A stretch of 61,325 nucleotides of DNA, the filler included. It is 4 parts of 4 records of this genome, joined end to end, with 100 filler letters (N's around TTAATTAATTAA, not from the genome) between each part and the next. Parts side by side here need not be neighbours in the genome. Positions count along the whole stretch, not along the records: positions 1 to 28,021 come from SRR31156797_10940; 3 more parts are not named here. The stretch is one strand, 5' to 3'. A program made the translations under genes and the position numbers. The notes under the pieces were generated by a model. That model ran no database searches, was not told the DNA's origin, and worked only from the letters and a program-made list of their open reading frames with translations. Positions within the stretch are counted from its first letter, which is position 1, and every line of letters starts with the position of its first letter. Below are positions 10,217 through 20,550 of the stretch, one piece after another.

Positions 10217-11614
10217 ATGAGATTCGTAACCAATCTGAAAAAAAGGTGGCACAACGAAGGCGGGTATCGCCAATTCCTGGTGATTGCACTCCCCCTGATT
10301 CTGAGTACCGGGGCCCTTTCGGTGCAGCACTTCGTGGATCGCATGTTTCTCTCCTGGTATTCCCCCGAGGCCATCGCCGCCGCCATGCCGGCCGGGATGC
10401 TTAATTTCTGCATCATGAGCCTGTTTATCGGTACGGCGGGGTACGTGAATACCTTTGTGGCCCAGTACTTCGGGGCGGGAAGGAACGACCGGATCGGGCC
10501 GACCATCTGGCAGGGTCTTTATGTTTCGGCTCTGGGGGGGCTCGGCATTATGGCGTTGATTCCCTTTGCGGGACCCATCTTTCGTCTTGTGGACCACGAT
10601 GTGACGATCCAGCGCCTGGAGGTGGAATACTTTGCCATACTTTGCCTGGGGGCGGGTCCCATGATCGCTTCGACGGCGCTGGCCGGTTTTTTTTCGGGAA
10701 GGGGTCGAACCTGGCCGGTGATGTGGGTTAACATCCTGGCCACGGGGGTGAACCTCATTCTCGATTATGTTCTGGTGTTCGGTTTGTGGGGTTTTCCGGA
10801 AATGGGAATTCGGGGCGCGGGGATTGCAACTGTTCTGGCAGGGATTTTCTCCCTGCTGGTATACATTCCACTGGTATGCAGGCCTTTATACGATGGAAAA
10901 TACCATACCCTCAAAGGATGGCGGTTTGAAAAAGAGCTTTTCATGCGCCTACTCCGCTTTGGATTTCCCTCGGGTGTTCAATTCTTTCTGGATATGTCCG
11001 GTTTTACGGTTTTTATTCTTCTGATCGGACAATTGGGTACCGTCAGCCTGGCCGCCACCAATATTGCTTTCAATATCAGTACCCTTTCCTTCATGCCCAT
11101 GATCGGTTCGAGTATCGCCATATCGGTTCTTGTGGGGCAGTACCTGGGGAAAAACCGGCCGGAAATGGCCACGAGAAGTGTGTATTCAGGGTTTCATTTA
11201 ACCTTTGGGTATATGTTTGTCATTGCGCTGGCCTATCTTTTTATTCCGGAACTCTTTGTGCTTCCCTTTGCGGCGGGGGCCGACCCGGAGGGTTTCGCCG
11301 AGATTTATCGTCTGACCGTACTGCTGCTCAGGTTCGTTGCCGTCTATTCGGTTTTTGACACCATGAATCTGGTGTTTGCTTCCGCCATCAAGGGGGCCGG
11401 GGACACCCGTTACGTAATGTTTGCCATCATTATCACCTCGGCGCTGGTTCTGGTGACACCCACATACCTGGGAGTGCTTGTGATGGGGTGGGGGGTGATG
11501 GTTTCGTGGATTAATGTATCCGCCTATGTGATTGTACTGAGTGTCATTTTTCTTTTACGCTTCCTGGGGGGTAAATGGAAGTCCATGCGGGTGATTGAAG
11601 CTCCCCAACCTTGA
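10217..11614 (+). CDS. MATE family efflux transporter
   Basis: About 12 TM segments, VAQYFGA, GIRGAGIAT, KGAGDT. Confidence 0.9.
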   Translation: MRFVTNLKKRWHNEGGYRQFLVIALPLILSTGALSVQHFVDRMFLSWYSPEAIAAAMPAGMLNFCIMSLFIGTAGYVNTFVAQYFGAGRNDRIGPTIWQGLYVSALGGLGIMALIPFAGPIFRLVDHDVTIQRLEVEYFAILCLGAGPMIASTALAGFFSGRGRTWPVMWVNILATGVNLILDYVLVFGLWGFPEMGIRGAGIATVLAGIFSLLVYIPLVCRPLYDGKYHTLKGWRFEKELFMRLLRFGFPSGVQFFLDMSGFTVFILLIGQLGTVSLAATNIAFNISTLSFMPMIGSSIAISVLVGQYLGKNRPEMATRSVYSGFHLTFGYMFVIALAYLFIPELFVLPFAAGADPEGFAEIYRLTVLLLRFVAVYSVFDTMNLVFASAIKGAGDTRYVMFAIIITSALVLVTPTYLGVLVMGWGVMVSWINVSAYVIVLSVIFLLRFLGGKWKSMRVIEAPQP

Positions 11615-11695
11615 CAGGGTTTGATTAATATTTTATTTTTTCGGTATATTTTTCTAAATAACCCATGTTTAGAAGACTTGCAAGGAGGATTCATC

Positions 11696-12001
11696 ATGAG
11701 CGAAATGCCCAAGTTTTACCGGAAACTACAGACCGATTACAAAGAGGTGATGCAGGCTGTTGATCAGCTGGGAAAAGCGGTTCTAAATGCCGGTCCCCTG
11801 GACGAGAAGGTGACGCAATTGATTAAACTGGCTGCTGCGGCGACCCAGAAATCCGAAGGTGCGGTTCATAGTCATGCAAGGCGGGCCATGGAGGCCGGTG
11901 CAAGTCCGGAAGAGGTTCGCCATGCCTTGATCCTGCTGGTGCCCACCATCGGGTATCCCAACGCGGCGGCAGCCCTTTCCTGGGTGCAGGATCTGCTCTG
12001 A
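11696..12001 (+). CDS. Carboxymuconolactone decarboxylase/AhpD-family protein
   Basis: GPLDEK..LI, SHARRA, GASPEE, GYP; SD AAGGAGG before ATG 11696. Confidence 0.85.
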   Translation: MSEMPKFYRKLQTDYKEVMQAVDQLGKAVLNAGPLDEKVTQLIKLAAAATQKSEGAVHSHARRAMEAGASPEEVRHALILLVPTIGYPNAAAALSWVQDLL

Positions 12002-12402
12002 TAGCGAGGGGAATCGCTGTCTCAAGAGACGCTTGTGTCTCAAGAAACTGATGTGAGACAAAATGATTTAACGGTCCAACACTTGAACTAGCCGATTCTT
12101 TTTCGGATCTTTTCATTTATCTTGTTTTAAGCTGCCTATATTACGATAAAAATTCTATGGTTCCGTTCTGAAGATCAGAACGCCTGAACGCTTTCAAACC
12201 TTTTCGCCGTTTTGGTGTCAATTTGACAAGAAATGCGATGTGATTCTATTTGTCCATTTATATCATTATTTTATGGTTTCCGATGATTTATGGTACAAGA
12301 TGTCTCAAAAAATTGGTACACCTGAATTCTGCTTGCCGGATAAAGAGATTAAACATTGGATATGATGGCATTATTTTAGATTTTTTCCGTTTATGGTCTT
12401 TT

Positions 12403-12418
12403 TGGCACGGATCATGAA
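12403..12418 (+). promoter_or_regulatory. Candidate sigma54 -24/-12 promoter for rbr-tpx
   Basis: TGGCACG-GATC-ATGAA: perfect -24, imperfect -12. Confidence 0.5.
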
Positions 12419-12524
12419 AACAAGATTTGGAAATAATCAATATGATACCGGTAATTTTATGGAACCCGAAGTCTTCGGGAGATTCTTTTAATTCAAATCA
12501 ATAGATGGAAAGGGGAAAAATATC

Positions 12525-13022
12525 ATGAGCAAAACAGAAGACAATCTTTGGGAAGCGTTTGCGGGGGAATCACAGGCCAATCGAAAGTACCTTGCCTTTG
12601 CCAAGAAGGCCGACAATGAGGGATATGCTCAGGTCGCCAAACTTTTTCGTGCGGCTGCCGAAGCCGAGACGGTTCATGCCCATGCGCATCTGAGAACCCT
12701 TAACGGTGTGAAGACCACCGCGGAAAACCTCAAATCCGCCATTGAAGGGGAAACCCATGAGTTTAAGGAAATGTATCCGGCAATGATTGAAGAGGCGGAA
12801 AAAGAGGGGAATAAACCTGCCGTGAGATCTTTTTCATATGCAAACGATGTGGAAAAAGTGCACGCAGGCTTGTATGAAAAGGCGTTGGAGAGTTTGGAAA
12901 ATCCCAAAGATGTGGATTGCTATTACGTTTGTTCGGTGTGCGGATTTACCTGTGAGGACGAGTCTCCTGAAAAGTGTCCGGTATGTGGTGCTCTCAAAAA
13001 AGCTTTCAACAAAGTTGAGTAG
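12525..13022 (+). CDS. rbr: Rubrerythrin
   Basis: AFAGESQANRKY, ETVH, EKVH di-iron ligands, C-terminal CSVC/CPVC rubredoxin site. Confidence 0.95.
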   Translation: MSKTEDNLWEAFAGESQANRKYLAFAKKADNEGYAQVAKLFRAAAEAETVHAHAHLRTLNGVKTTAENLKSAIEGETHEFKEMYPAMIEEAEKEGNKPAVRSFSYANDVEKVHAGLYEKALESLENPKDVDCYYVCSVCGFTCEDESPEKCPVCGALKKAFNKVE

Positions 13023-13086
13023 CGCCAACCCCCCCATGGGGGGAGGGATGTTATAGGAATTTCATAGGTGAAAATCTGTTATTCCA

Positions 13087-13617
13087 ATGGAGGAGGACGT
13101 CGTGGACGAGCGATCAGGAAAAATTACCATGAAGGGAAACCCACTGACATTGGTGGGTCGGGAACTCAAAGTCGGCCATATGGCACCGGATGTGGTACTG
13201 GCTGATAACGATCTTGCGCCGGTGTCTTTATCCTCATATCGGGGAAAGGTTTGCATCATTTCTTCGGTGCCATCATTGGATACGCCGGTATGTGATATGG
13301 AAACCCGAAGGTTTAACGAAGAGGCAGGGGCGTTGGGAGACGATGTGGCCATCATTACGGTTAGCATGGATCTCCCTTTTGCACAGAAAAGATGGTGTGG
13401 CGCCGCGGGGGTGGACAAGGTGATCACCCTGTCGGATTATGGCGACATGTCGTTCGGGAATGCCTACGGTGTTCTCATAAAAGAGTTGAAATTGCTGGCA
13501 AGATCTGTTTTTGTTCTGGATCGCCAGGGGATCATCCAATATATTCAACTGGTAAATGAAGTTACGGAGGAACCCGATTACCAGGAGATTCTGAACGCTG
13601 TGGGAAAACTGACGTAG
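13087..13617 (+). CDS. tpx: Thiol peroxidase (atypical 2-Cys peroxiredoxin)
   Basis: VPSLDTPVC, SMDLPFAQKRWC, EPDY; true start may be GTG at 13102. Confidence 0.93.
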   Translation: MEEDVVDERSGKITMKGNPLTLVGRELKVGHMAPDVVLADNDLAPVSLSSYRGKVCIISSVPSLDTPVCDMETRRFNEEAGALGDDVAIITVSMDLPFAQKRWCGAAGVDKVITLSDYGDMSFGNAYGVLIKELKLLARSVFVLDRQGIIQYIQLVNEVTEEPDYQEILNAVGKLT

Positions 13618-13664
13618 CGGGTGATCCCGCAATAATAAGTAAGAGGTGTCTGGTATTACGCCCA

Positions 13665-16600
13665 TCAAGCTTGATGGGCGGATATCCCGGCATTTGCGGC
13701 GTCAAATTTCTGGGCGATGAGAAGTTCATACTCTGTTCCGAAAAACCTGCGATTCCCCTGCAGGTACCATTTGATGCTTTCCCAGTATTTTCTGAGTTCC
13801 TGCCCATGGGAGATGCTTTCAAGTATGGTCTCGATCTCTGAAAGCTTTTCCCGCTTCAGTATGTTTTTACGCATTTCATAAAGATCGTTTAGGCGGTGTT
13901 CCTGTTCGGGGGAAAAACCGATGTTCCTGGATCTTTCAACCAGGTCGTTCATCAGTTTGTAAAGGTCTTCAAAGTCTTTGACCAGGTCCATTTGGCGCTG
14001 GGTTCGGTCGAGAATCATGTCGGTAATTTCCATCATTCTTCTTTCAAAAGCCTTTTCCAGTAGAATTTCATAATCTTCGGTAAAAAAAGGGTAATTTCTT
14101 AAAGAGCCCAGACTGTAATGAAAATAGATTTTGAGCTGCTCCAGATCGCTGATGGATGACATGTGGTCTATTTTCCGGGTAATGAATACGCGGTTTTGGA
14201 AAATGACGGACAGAACATTGGGGTAGTGTTCTTTTTTAAGGAGAATGCCGGTTCCAGAAGCGAAAAGGTGGCTCAGTTGTGAATCGTCCTCCCAGAGTTC
14301 CAGCGAGGGGATACCGTCAAGGAAATCGTTGATGGCTTCGTAGCGTTGTTCCACGGTTTCGCTCATGTGCATGAAGTTAAGCGAGATGGGTTTATCATTG
14401 GATCTGATTTTTCGGGTACCCGCCAGCCCCACCAGGAGCAGTTTGATCTGGTTTTTATAACTCAGGTAACCGCTGACCTTTTCGTAACCGTATATGCGGA
14501 CTTTGTCGCCGATCAGCTCCTCAAGTATGAAATGCCGAATGCCTTCCTGCATGGATTGAAGGGTTTTGTAAATTCGAAACGCTTCGTATACCTCTTTTTC
14601 AAAGGTTGCAAAACCCACATTGTGAAACTTTCTCTTTTTGTGAATGTATCTAAGCGGCACTTTCATCATGAGCCTGGCCAGATCTCGAAACTCGGCATAT
14701 CGAATGCCGCGCAGTCTGAAGATCCTTTCCGTGGCCAATATCATTCGGCCGGCCCGAAGCTGTTTGGTCCTATGAATGGATTTCCACTCTTTGCTTGCCA
14801 GATACTCGGAGGGGGTAACGCCTTCGGGGAGCCCCTTCCGCTGGTATTTCCGGATGGCATAAAAAAGCCTTCCCCGTTTCATGACGACCCGTTCCAATTG
14901 TTTTTGAAGGGTTGTTTTTCCATCAATGACGCCATGACAAACGGCACTTGTTTTGAATATCCACAGGGCCAGGTCTTCCAGCATGAGACCTTCCCTGATG
15001 GCGCTCAACATGATAAAGGTTGTGATGAGAAAGGCATCGAAGAGGTCCTTGTCCCGTCTGGCCAGAATGGATGCCATGGCGGAAAAAGAGACTTCCCCCT
15101 TGATGGTATGGTGAAGCAGATCATGGCTACCCACCAGGAAAATGAGGTAGTCCGTGCTTTTTCGATTGAGTCCGTATCGTGGTCCGATTTTTTCTTTTTC
15201 CAGAATATATGCTCCCGCCCCGGCAAGATCGGCGGGATTGATTTCCTTATGGTATTTTGCTCTCTGCTCCGGAATTCGTCCCACATCCTGGAATATGAAC
15301 GAACAGGTCAGGGCTTTAAACAGATCCTTTTTTGTCTTGAGGCGCTCCAGGATATTTTCCAGGTCTTCGAGCTGCCGCTGGCTGACACCCATGATGCCGG
15401 TTGCCATGGGGCCGAACTCCTTGCGGGCGAGCTGATGCATGAATTTCAAATTTTGAAAATTTTCTCTGTCGTGGTTCACCAACGCTTGAAATTTCTTGGT
15501 TGCAGCCATGATGTAATCCGTTACGGGGGAATTCAGATAAAGGTTCCCGGAGAGATCAAGATTTCCAAGGACAGTGAATTCCGGAAGCAGAAAATTCAGG
15601 AGGCCCGGCGCATGGCGCTTGAGATAACGGAGGTCGGTGTAGAGATGTTCAGGCTGGAACATGACTTTGACAAAATTCCGCCATAGGTTTTTTCGCATTT
15701 TCCAGGTGCCTTCAAACCATCTCCGCTGCCTTGCGGGGATGTTCAAGTCCGTATGGGGATCCCTCACAACCCGGAGTTGACTCTGGTAGAACATTTCAAG
15801 ATCCGTGAATACCATTTCCAGATTTCGAAGGTCACCCAGCGAAATCTTGTTGATGGCGCACCCGGAAATTTTTTCAGACAGCGTTTCAGCCTCTTCGAGG
15901 CTTTTGTCCAGATCTTTATAAGCAATTTCCAATATTTTGTTTTTTGAGGAAGTTTTGAGTTGAAATCCCGTACCCATGATAAACGAGGAACGGTCCTGGT
16001 TCAGTTGCTCCCTGAACCGCTCCAGGAGCTCCAGGTCCAGGTGTCCCAGGTTGATGGCAGCCGCTTCCTCTTGAACTTTTCGGACTCTCTTATCGATGAC
16101 CTCGTTTTTTACATCCGCCAGGATGGGATTGAAATTAACCGATTCCCCCCGGGCCAGGTTCACTGTGATCCAGAGAAGCACGAATACGTTGAGGCTGCCC
16201 ATCCGTTCAAAAAGGTGACTGGTGCCATGAAATTCCAGGTCCAGGAATTTTCGATAAAAGGCCGGTAGATACAGGGGGTCCAGCTTTAGATATTTTTCTT
16301 CGAATGTATCGATGGTATTTACCAGCTGAATAACCTCTTCTATCTCGGACAGTTTCCGGTCGTCATAATCAGCCAGGGCTTCTTTTTCCATTGAACCCTT
16401 TTTTCGGAGTTCGGACCAGTTTTCCAGGAATTCGAAATAGCCCATCATGGTCAGGATCTTTTTGACAATCCGGTTGCGGATGCCGCCCATAAGAATGGTT
16501 TCTTCATCCAGAAGCTGGTCCCAGTCAAGTTCCCGGTTGATGACCACACGAACGGTGGATTCATAGAGTTCAAAGAGCCGGGCAATCTGTTCATTTGAAA

Positions 16601-18377
16601 GCGCATGGCCTCCGGCCGCGCTTGTTTCGGCCATGGTCATCAAACGGCAATAGCGGAGCATATTCAGGGCCTGCCGCGGATCATAACCCCTCGCCACATC
16701 GGAGACGGGTTTAAGGGATCTTTCGGACATTTTTCCGGACATGATGCGGCCCAGTGTTGTATGTCCCAGGGTAATGAGAATCATCTCTTTCAGCTCATGG
16801 GGTGAAAACCCGAAAGATGTGAGCGCTTCCAAATTGGACAGCAACGGCGTGTTGGGCCCTTCAATTTTGTCCGGATTCAGATAGCCCTTTATTTTTTCAA
16901 GCCGTTGGATTTTACCGGTGAGCTTGATGACGTGGTTGACCGAATCGAACCGTCTGCTTTTGTTTTCAAGAGGTTGTCGTAAACGATCAATGAAGACGCG
17001 CGGAAGGGAACCGACATCTCCCTTTTTGAGAGCGTGAAGGACCTTCAGGGTCCGCGTAATAAATTCCAGTGAATCCCTGTAATCCGCCACCAGTTCAAAA
17101 GCGCAGCCGGCCAGGTTGGAATCGACCACATCCCGTTTGATATCCGCCACAGCGGTTTGAAGGGGTTTTTTCTGCCCCAGGAAGGTTAACATGTTGCCGG
17201 GATGATGGTCTTTGCAGGAAAATCTTTTTTCCCAGTCTTCTTTGACGCGATCCGGGACCAGGGGTTTTAAAAATATTTCATCAAAAAAAATGGAACACAG
17301 CCCGGACCAGGTTTTTTCCTGGTTGGTAAGAAAAGGGGAATTGGTTATTAAATCGTAACGAAGGTACGGCAGTTTATTAATCTCTTCCATGGAAAGTTCG
17401 GCCAGGGATTTTCCTTCAAGTAAGGTGTTGAGCATCTCCTGTTCCACATAAAGACCGCTCAGGTATTTTTGAAGGTCAAATATGTTGACGCGAACCGTAT
17501 GATCCTTGATTTTATATCTTTTTTTCGTGTTGAAAATGTGGCTGAACAGTGCGAACCTTTTTTCTTCCTGTTCCGTTTTGAATGTCAACTCGGTGGTACG
17601 GTTGCTTTTTGCAGGGAAATGATCGGCGACAATAAAGATTTCACCTTCGCTTTTGAGCAGATTGCAGATTTTCCAGAGCATATAAATGCTGTACTGCTCC
17701 AGCCTTTTCTTTGAAATGGTCTGCTGATCCAAACGACTGAATTGCCCCATGGTAACGGTTTCAAAGAGGTCATTGGTCAATATGACAATATCCAGGTCCA
17801 GATCTTTTGCCAGCAGTTTTTCGGGGGAATCAATAACAAAAATATGATGATCCTGGAAAAGGAAAGAGAGTTCGTGAAGGAGTAGGTCATCATGGCGTGT
17901 CATGATGCCGATATTACAATATTCTTTTAGGTACTTTTTACTGTGAAAACCAACAATTTTAACAATTTCGGAAACTTTTGCCTGAATGTGAGCCAGGGAA
18001 ACGGAAATGAGGTGAACGGGTATGAGATAGTAGGGGTAACCAAGGCTCGAAAACCGGATCAGCAGGCCCATCTTCCGGTGTATTTCGTTCAAGTCTTTAT
18101 GGTGGGCCCGTATGTCTTCGGGATTATCAAGCGCTATGCTGTTGAGCTTTTTGATTTCGTCAGGATTAAGACGATCGAAATCCTCAAAAAATCCGAACCC
18201 ATAGGCATTTCCACCAAATCGGCTTCGGAGTTGTGATGGATGCCTTAAAGAGATATAGGTCCCCAGGGGAACAGACGCGGGATCAATCCCCAGTGCTTCA
18301 AATTGATCCGGATCGACGAATTGAAAAGCGTCTTTTTGCCAGAGCACGTCTTTAGGGAAATGATTGGATGAATCCAT
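13665..18377 (-). CDS. 1570-aa hypothetical protein with degenerate HD-like helical modules
   Basis: Uninterrupted 4.7-kb ORF, no obvious TM segments or signal peptide; function not recognised. Confidence 0.8.
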   Translation of the reverse strand: MDSSNHFPKDVLWQKDAFQFVDPDQFEALGIDPASVPLGTYISLRHPSQLRSRFGGNAYGFGFFEDFDRLNPDEIKKLNSIALDNPEDIRAHHKDLNEIHRKMGLLIRFSSLGYPYYLIPVHLISVSLAHIQAKVSEIVKIVGFHSKKYLKEYCNIGIMTRHDDLLLHELSFLFQDHHIFVIDSPEKLLAKDLDLDIVILTNDLFETVTMGQFSRLDQQTISKKRLEQYSIYMLWKICNLLKSEGEIFIVADHFPAKSNRTTELTFKTEQEEKRFALFSHIFNTKKRYKIKDHTVRVNIFDLQKYLSGLYVEQEMLNTLLEGKSLAELSMEEINKLPYLRYDLITNSPFLTNQEKTWSGLCSIFFDEIFLKPLVPDRVKEDWEKRFSCKDHHPGNMLTFLGQKKPLQTAVADIKRDVVDSNLAGCAFELVADYRDSLEFITRTLKVLHALKKGDVGSLPRVFIDRLRQPLENKSRRFDSVNHVIKLTGKIQRLEKIKGYLNPDKIEGPNTPLLSNLEALTSFGFSPHELKEMILITLGHTTLGRIMSGKMSERSLKPVSDVARGYDPRQALNMLRYCRLMTMAETSAAGGHALSNEQIARLFELYESTVRVVINRELDWDQLLDEETILMGGIRNRIVKKILTMMGYFEFLENWSELRKKGSMEKEALADYDDRKLSEIEEVIQLVNTIDTFEEKYLKLDPLYLPAFYRKFLDLEFHGTSHLFERMGSLNVFVLLWITVNLARGESVNFNPILADVKNEVIDKRVRKVQEEAAAINLGHLDLELLERFREQLNQDRSSFIMGTGFQLKTSSKNKILEIAYKDLDKSLEEAETLSEKISGCAINKISLGDLRNLEMVFTDLEMFYQSQLRVVRDPHTDLNIPARQRRWFEGTWKMRKNLWRNFVKVMFQPEHLYTDLRYLKRHAPGLLNFLLPEFTVLGNLDLSGNLYLNSPVTDYIMAATKKFQALVNHDRENFQNLKFMHQLARKEFGPMATGIMGVSQRQLEDLENILERLKTKKDLFKALTCSFIFQDVGRIPEQRAKYHKEINPADLAGAGAYILEKEKIGPRYGLNRKSTDYLIFLVGSHDLLHHTIKGEVSFSAMASILARRDKDLFDAFLITTFIMLSAIREGLMLEDLALWIFKTSAVCHGVIDGKTTLQKQLERVVMKRGRLFYAIRKYQRKGLPEGVTPSEYLASKEWKSIHRTKQLRAGRMILATERIFRLRGIRYAEFRDLARLMMKVPLRYIHKKRKFHNVGFATFEKEVYEAFRIYKTLQSMQEGIRHFILEELIGDKVRIYGYEKVSGYLSYKNQIKLLLVGLAGTRKIRSNDKPISLNFMHMSETVEQRYEAINDFLDGIPSLELWEDDSQLSHLFASGTGILLKKEHYPNVLSVIFQNRVFITRKIDHMSSISDLEQLKIYFHYSLGSLRNYPFFTEDYEILLEKAFERRMMEITDMILDRTQRQMDLVKDFEDLYKLMNDLVERSRNIGFSPEQEHRLNDLYEMRKNILKREKLSEIETILESISHGQELRKYWESIKWYLQGNRRFFGTEYELLIAQKFDAANAGISAHQA

Positions 18378-18379
18378 AA

Positions 18380-18526
18380 TTAGCTATTAGCTTTTAGCCG
18401 TTAGCTTAAAGGTATCAAGCATTTGCATGGTCTCTGCCCATATTCGATGCATCACTTTTTCATGCTGACCTATTTTACCGTAAATGTTTGAAATTGTATT
18501 CCCAATAGCTAACGGCTAACAGCTGA
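18380..18526. repeat. Inverted pair of heptamer tandem repeats
   Basis: TTAGCTA TTAGCTT TTAGCCG TTAGCT (18380-18406) versus AGCTAACGGCTAACAGCTGA (18507-18526). Confidence 0.7.
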
Positions 18527-18557
18527 TTGCATCTTTTAAGTCGTAAATCGTAAAAGG

Positions 18558-19640
18558 TTAGAAAAACGGCCACCGTCTAAAGCCCCACTTGATGTTACGC
18601 CATATCCTAGCCAGGCCCTCCGGTTCAAAAACCATGAACATGACAATGGCAAGACCCAATGTGAATTCATGGAGGGGCATAATGGTCATGCCTGCATCCA
18701 TGAAATACCCGGTGAAAAAGGTCAATATTTCGTTGAGGGAAACAATCACCAGGGCGCCCACCATGGAACCGTAAATACTGCCGATTCCTCCGATGATGAT
18801 GACGGCGAGAAATTCCATGGAAAGTGTAAGGTTGAAGAACGTCGGTGTAATGGTTGTTGTACCGAAAGCGAAAAGAGCACCGGCAATTCCCGCGAAAAAT
18901 GAACTGATGGCAAAGGCAAGAAATTTGTGTGGGAAAACAGCAATCCCCATTGCCGAAGCCGCCCGATCATTCTGCCCTATGGCAAGAAATGCGCGGCCGA
19001 TTTTACTTCTGAGCAGATTGTCCGTCAGCCACATAAGGAGTAGAAGAAAAAAGGCGGTGATGTAAAAAAGAGAAAGATTTCCTCCGAGATTCAACCCCGC
19101 AAAGGCGGGTGCCGGGATGGCGAGACCTTTTGACCCGCCCGTCAAAGATACCCAACGGAGTAATATATATTCCACAATGAATTGGCCGGCCAATGTGGCC
19201 ATGGGCAGGTAAATGGGTTTGAGGCGAACCGAGGGGAGCGCGAAGATTGATCCGATCATTGATGCCGCAATCCCCCCTAGGGGTATTACCATGAAGAATG
19301 GGAGCCCCGCCTTGGCGGCAAGGAGAGCGCCCGTGTAGGCGCCGATGCCGAAAAAAGCTCCGTGCCCCAAGGAGAGTTGTCCCGTATACCCGGTCAGGAT
19401 ATTGAGGCCCACTGCCGCAATGGCATAAATGCAAATGATGTTAAGGAGATGAAGGATATAATCGTTGTTGATGAACGGCAAAAGGCCCAAGAGACAGACG
19501 ATGCTGATGACCATAAAGCGCCGGCCGAATGGTGTTTGGAAGCGGTTTAGTTCTTCCCGGTAACCGGTTTTGAACCTGCCGCATGAATGAAGCGGAAGGG
19601 GGAACGGTTTTGATGCGTTAGCTTGTTTAATGTGTCGCAT
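18558..19640 (-). CDS. Liv-type ABC transporter permease (LivM-like)
   Basis: GLNILTGYTGQLSLGHGAF, IIIGGIGS; start inferred at ATG 19640 just after the livH-like stop. Confidence 0.85.
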   Translation of the reverse strand: MRHIKQANASKPFPLPLHSCGRFKTGYREELNRFQTPFGRRFMVISIVCLLGLLPFINNDYILHLLNIICIYAIAAVGLNILTGYTGQLSLGHGAFFGIGAYTGALLAAKAGLPFFMVIPLGGIAASMIGSIFALPSVRLKPIYLPMATLAGQFIVEYILLRWVSLTGGSKGLAIPAPAFAGLNLGGNLSLFYITAFFLLLLMWLTDNLLRSKIGRAFLAIGQNDRAASAMGIAVFPHKFLAFAISSFFAGIAGALFAFGTTTITPTFFNLTLSMEFLAVIIIGGIGSIYGSMVGALVIVSLNEILTFFTGYFMDAGMTIMPLHEFTLGLAIVMFMVFEPEGLARIWRNIKWGFRRWPFF

Positions 19641-19644
19641 GCGA

Positions 19645-20526
19645 TCATACCTTTTCGGGTTCTGCCCGCCCGAAGAATCCCGAGGGTTTGATGATAAGGA
19701 TGAGGACAAGTGCCATATAGGGTATGATATCCTGTAAAGACGGGGAAATATATCCGCCCGCAAGGGTTTCAAGCAGACCGATGATAATGCCGCCCAGGAT
19801 GGCACCCCCGACGCTGTTGAGCCCCCCCAGGATGATAACGGGAAAGACCTTGAGGCCAGGGGCACTGAGCGAATAGACCTGGAGGCCGTTTATCATGCCC
19901 AGTATCATACCGCTGATGGCGCATATGAGCGCGGCAATGGCCCACGATAGTGCGAAAATCCGTTTCACGGGAACACCCATTGAACGGGCGGCGGTCTGGT
20001 TTTCGGCGAAGGATCTCATGGCGAGGCCCTGGGACGAAAAGGTAAAGAAACACCCGTAAAGAAGCAACACGCAGATGCCCACAATAAAAGCTGAGATATG
20101 AACGGGCGTCAGTTGGAGATGGTGCCGGCCCAGGGAAAAAGTTTCGGGGATAAACAGGGGAAGATGATAGATTCCGGTACCGAAAATGAAGGATAAAACA
20201 CCCTTCAGCATCAGCGCCAGGCCCAGTGTCATCAGAATATTCCGAATCAGGTTATCTCTCCTCTGAAGCGTGCGCATGAAGCATCTTTCAATGATAAGCC
20301 CCAGGGTGAAACCGCCTGCCAGGGTAATGGCAAAAGAGAGGATAATGGGCCAATCGGCCCAGACGGAAAGGGCAAAGAATAAAAAGGCGCCGAAAGCCAT
20401 CATTCCGCCATGTGCGAAGTTCAGCAACCCGCCGGTTCTGTAGACCAAAATAAAACCCAAGGCGGATATTCCATAGAGAAAACCCAGCGAAACGCCATTT
20501 ATCAGAAGTTGAAGAAATAAAACCAT
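19645..20526 (-). CDS. Liv-type ABC transporter permease (LivH-like)
   Basis: QLLING, LNFAHG, ILGGLNS, KPSGFFG. Confidence 0.9.
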   Translation of the reverse strand: MVLFLQLLINGVSLGFLYGISALGFILVYRTGGLLNFAHGGMMAFGAFLFFALSVWADWPIILSFAITLAGGFTLGLIIERCFMRTLQRRDNLIRNILMTLGLALMLKGVLSFIFGTGIYHLPLFIPETFSLGRHHLQLTPVHISAFIVGICVLLLYGCFFTFSSQGLAMRSFAENQTAARSMGVPVKRIFALSWAIAALICAISGMILGMINGLQVYSLSAPGLKVFPVIILGGLNSVGGAILGGIIIGLLETLAGGYISPSLQDIIPYMALVLILIIKPSGFFGRAEPEKV

Positions 20527-20550
20527 TGCAGAACGATTTCCCCCATTCGG

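Noticed and set aside
13030..13043. CCCCCCATGGGGGG palindrome between rbr and tpx
   Set aside because: Short, low complexity, no T-tract and no second copy seen
14346..15686. 446-aa plus-strand ORF and similar long antisense ORFs (20983-21963, 25118-25930)
   Set aside because: Shadow ORFs opposite well-supported genes, with no recognisable motifs
19641..19865. N-terminal extensions of the livM-like gene, rlmN (to 9534) and atpZ (to 8402) in the ORF track
   Set aside because: They overlap upstream genes; downstream starts fit family lengths better
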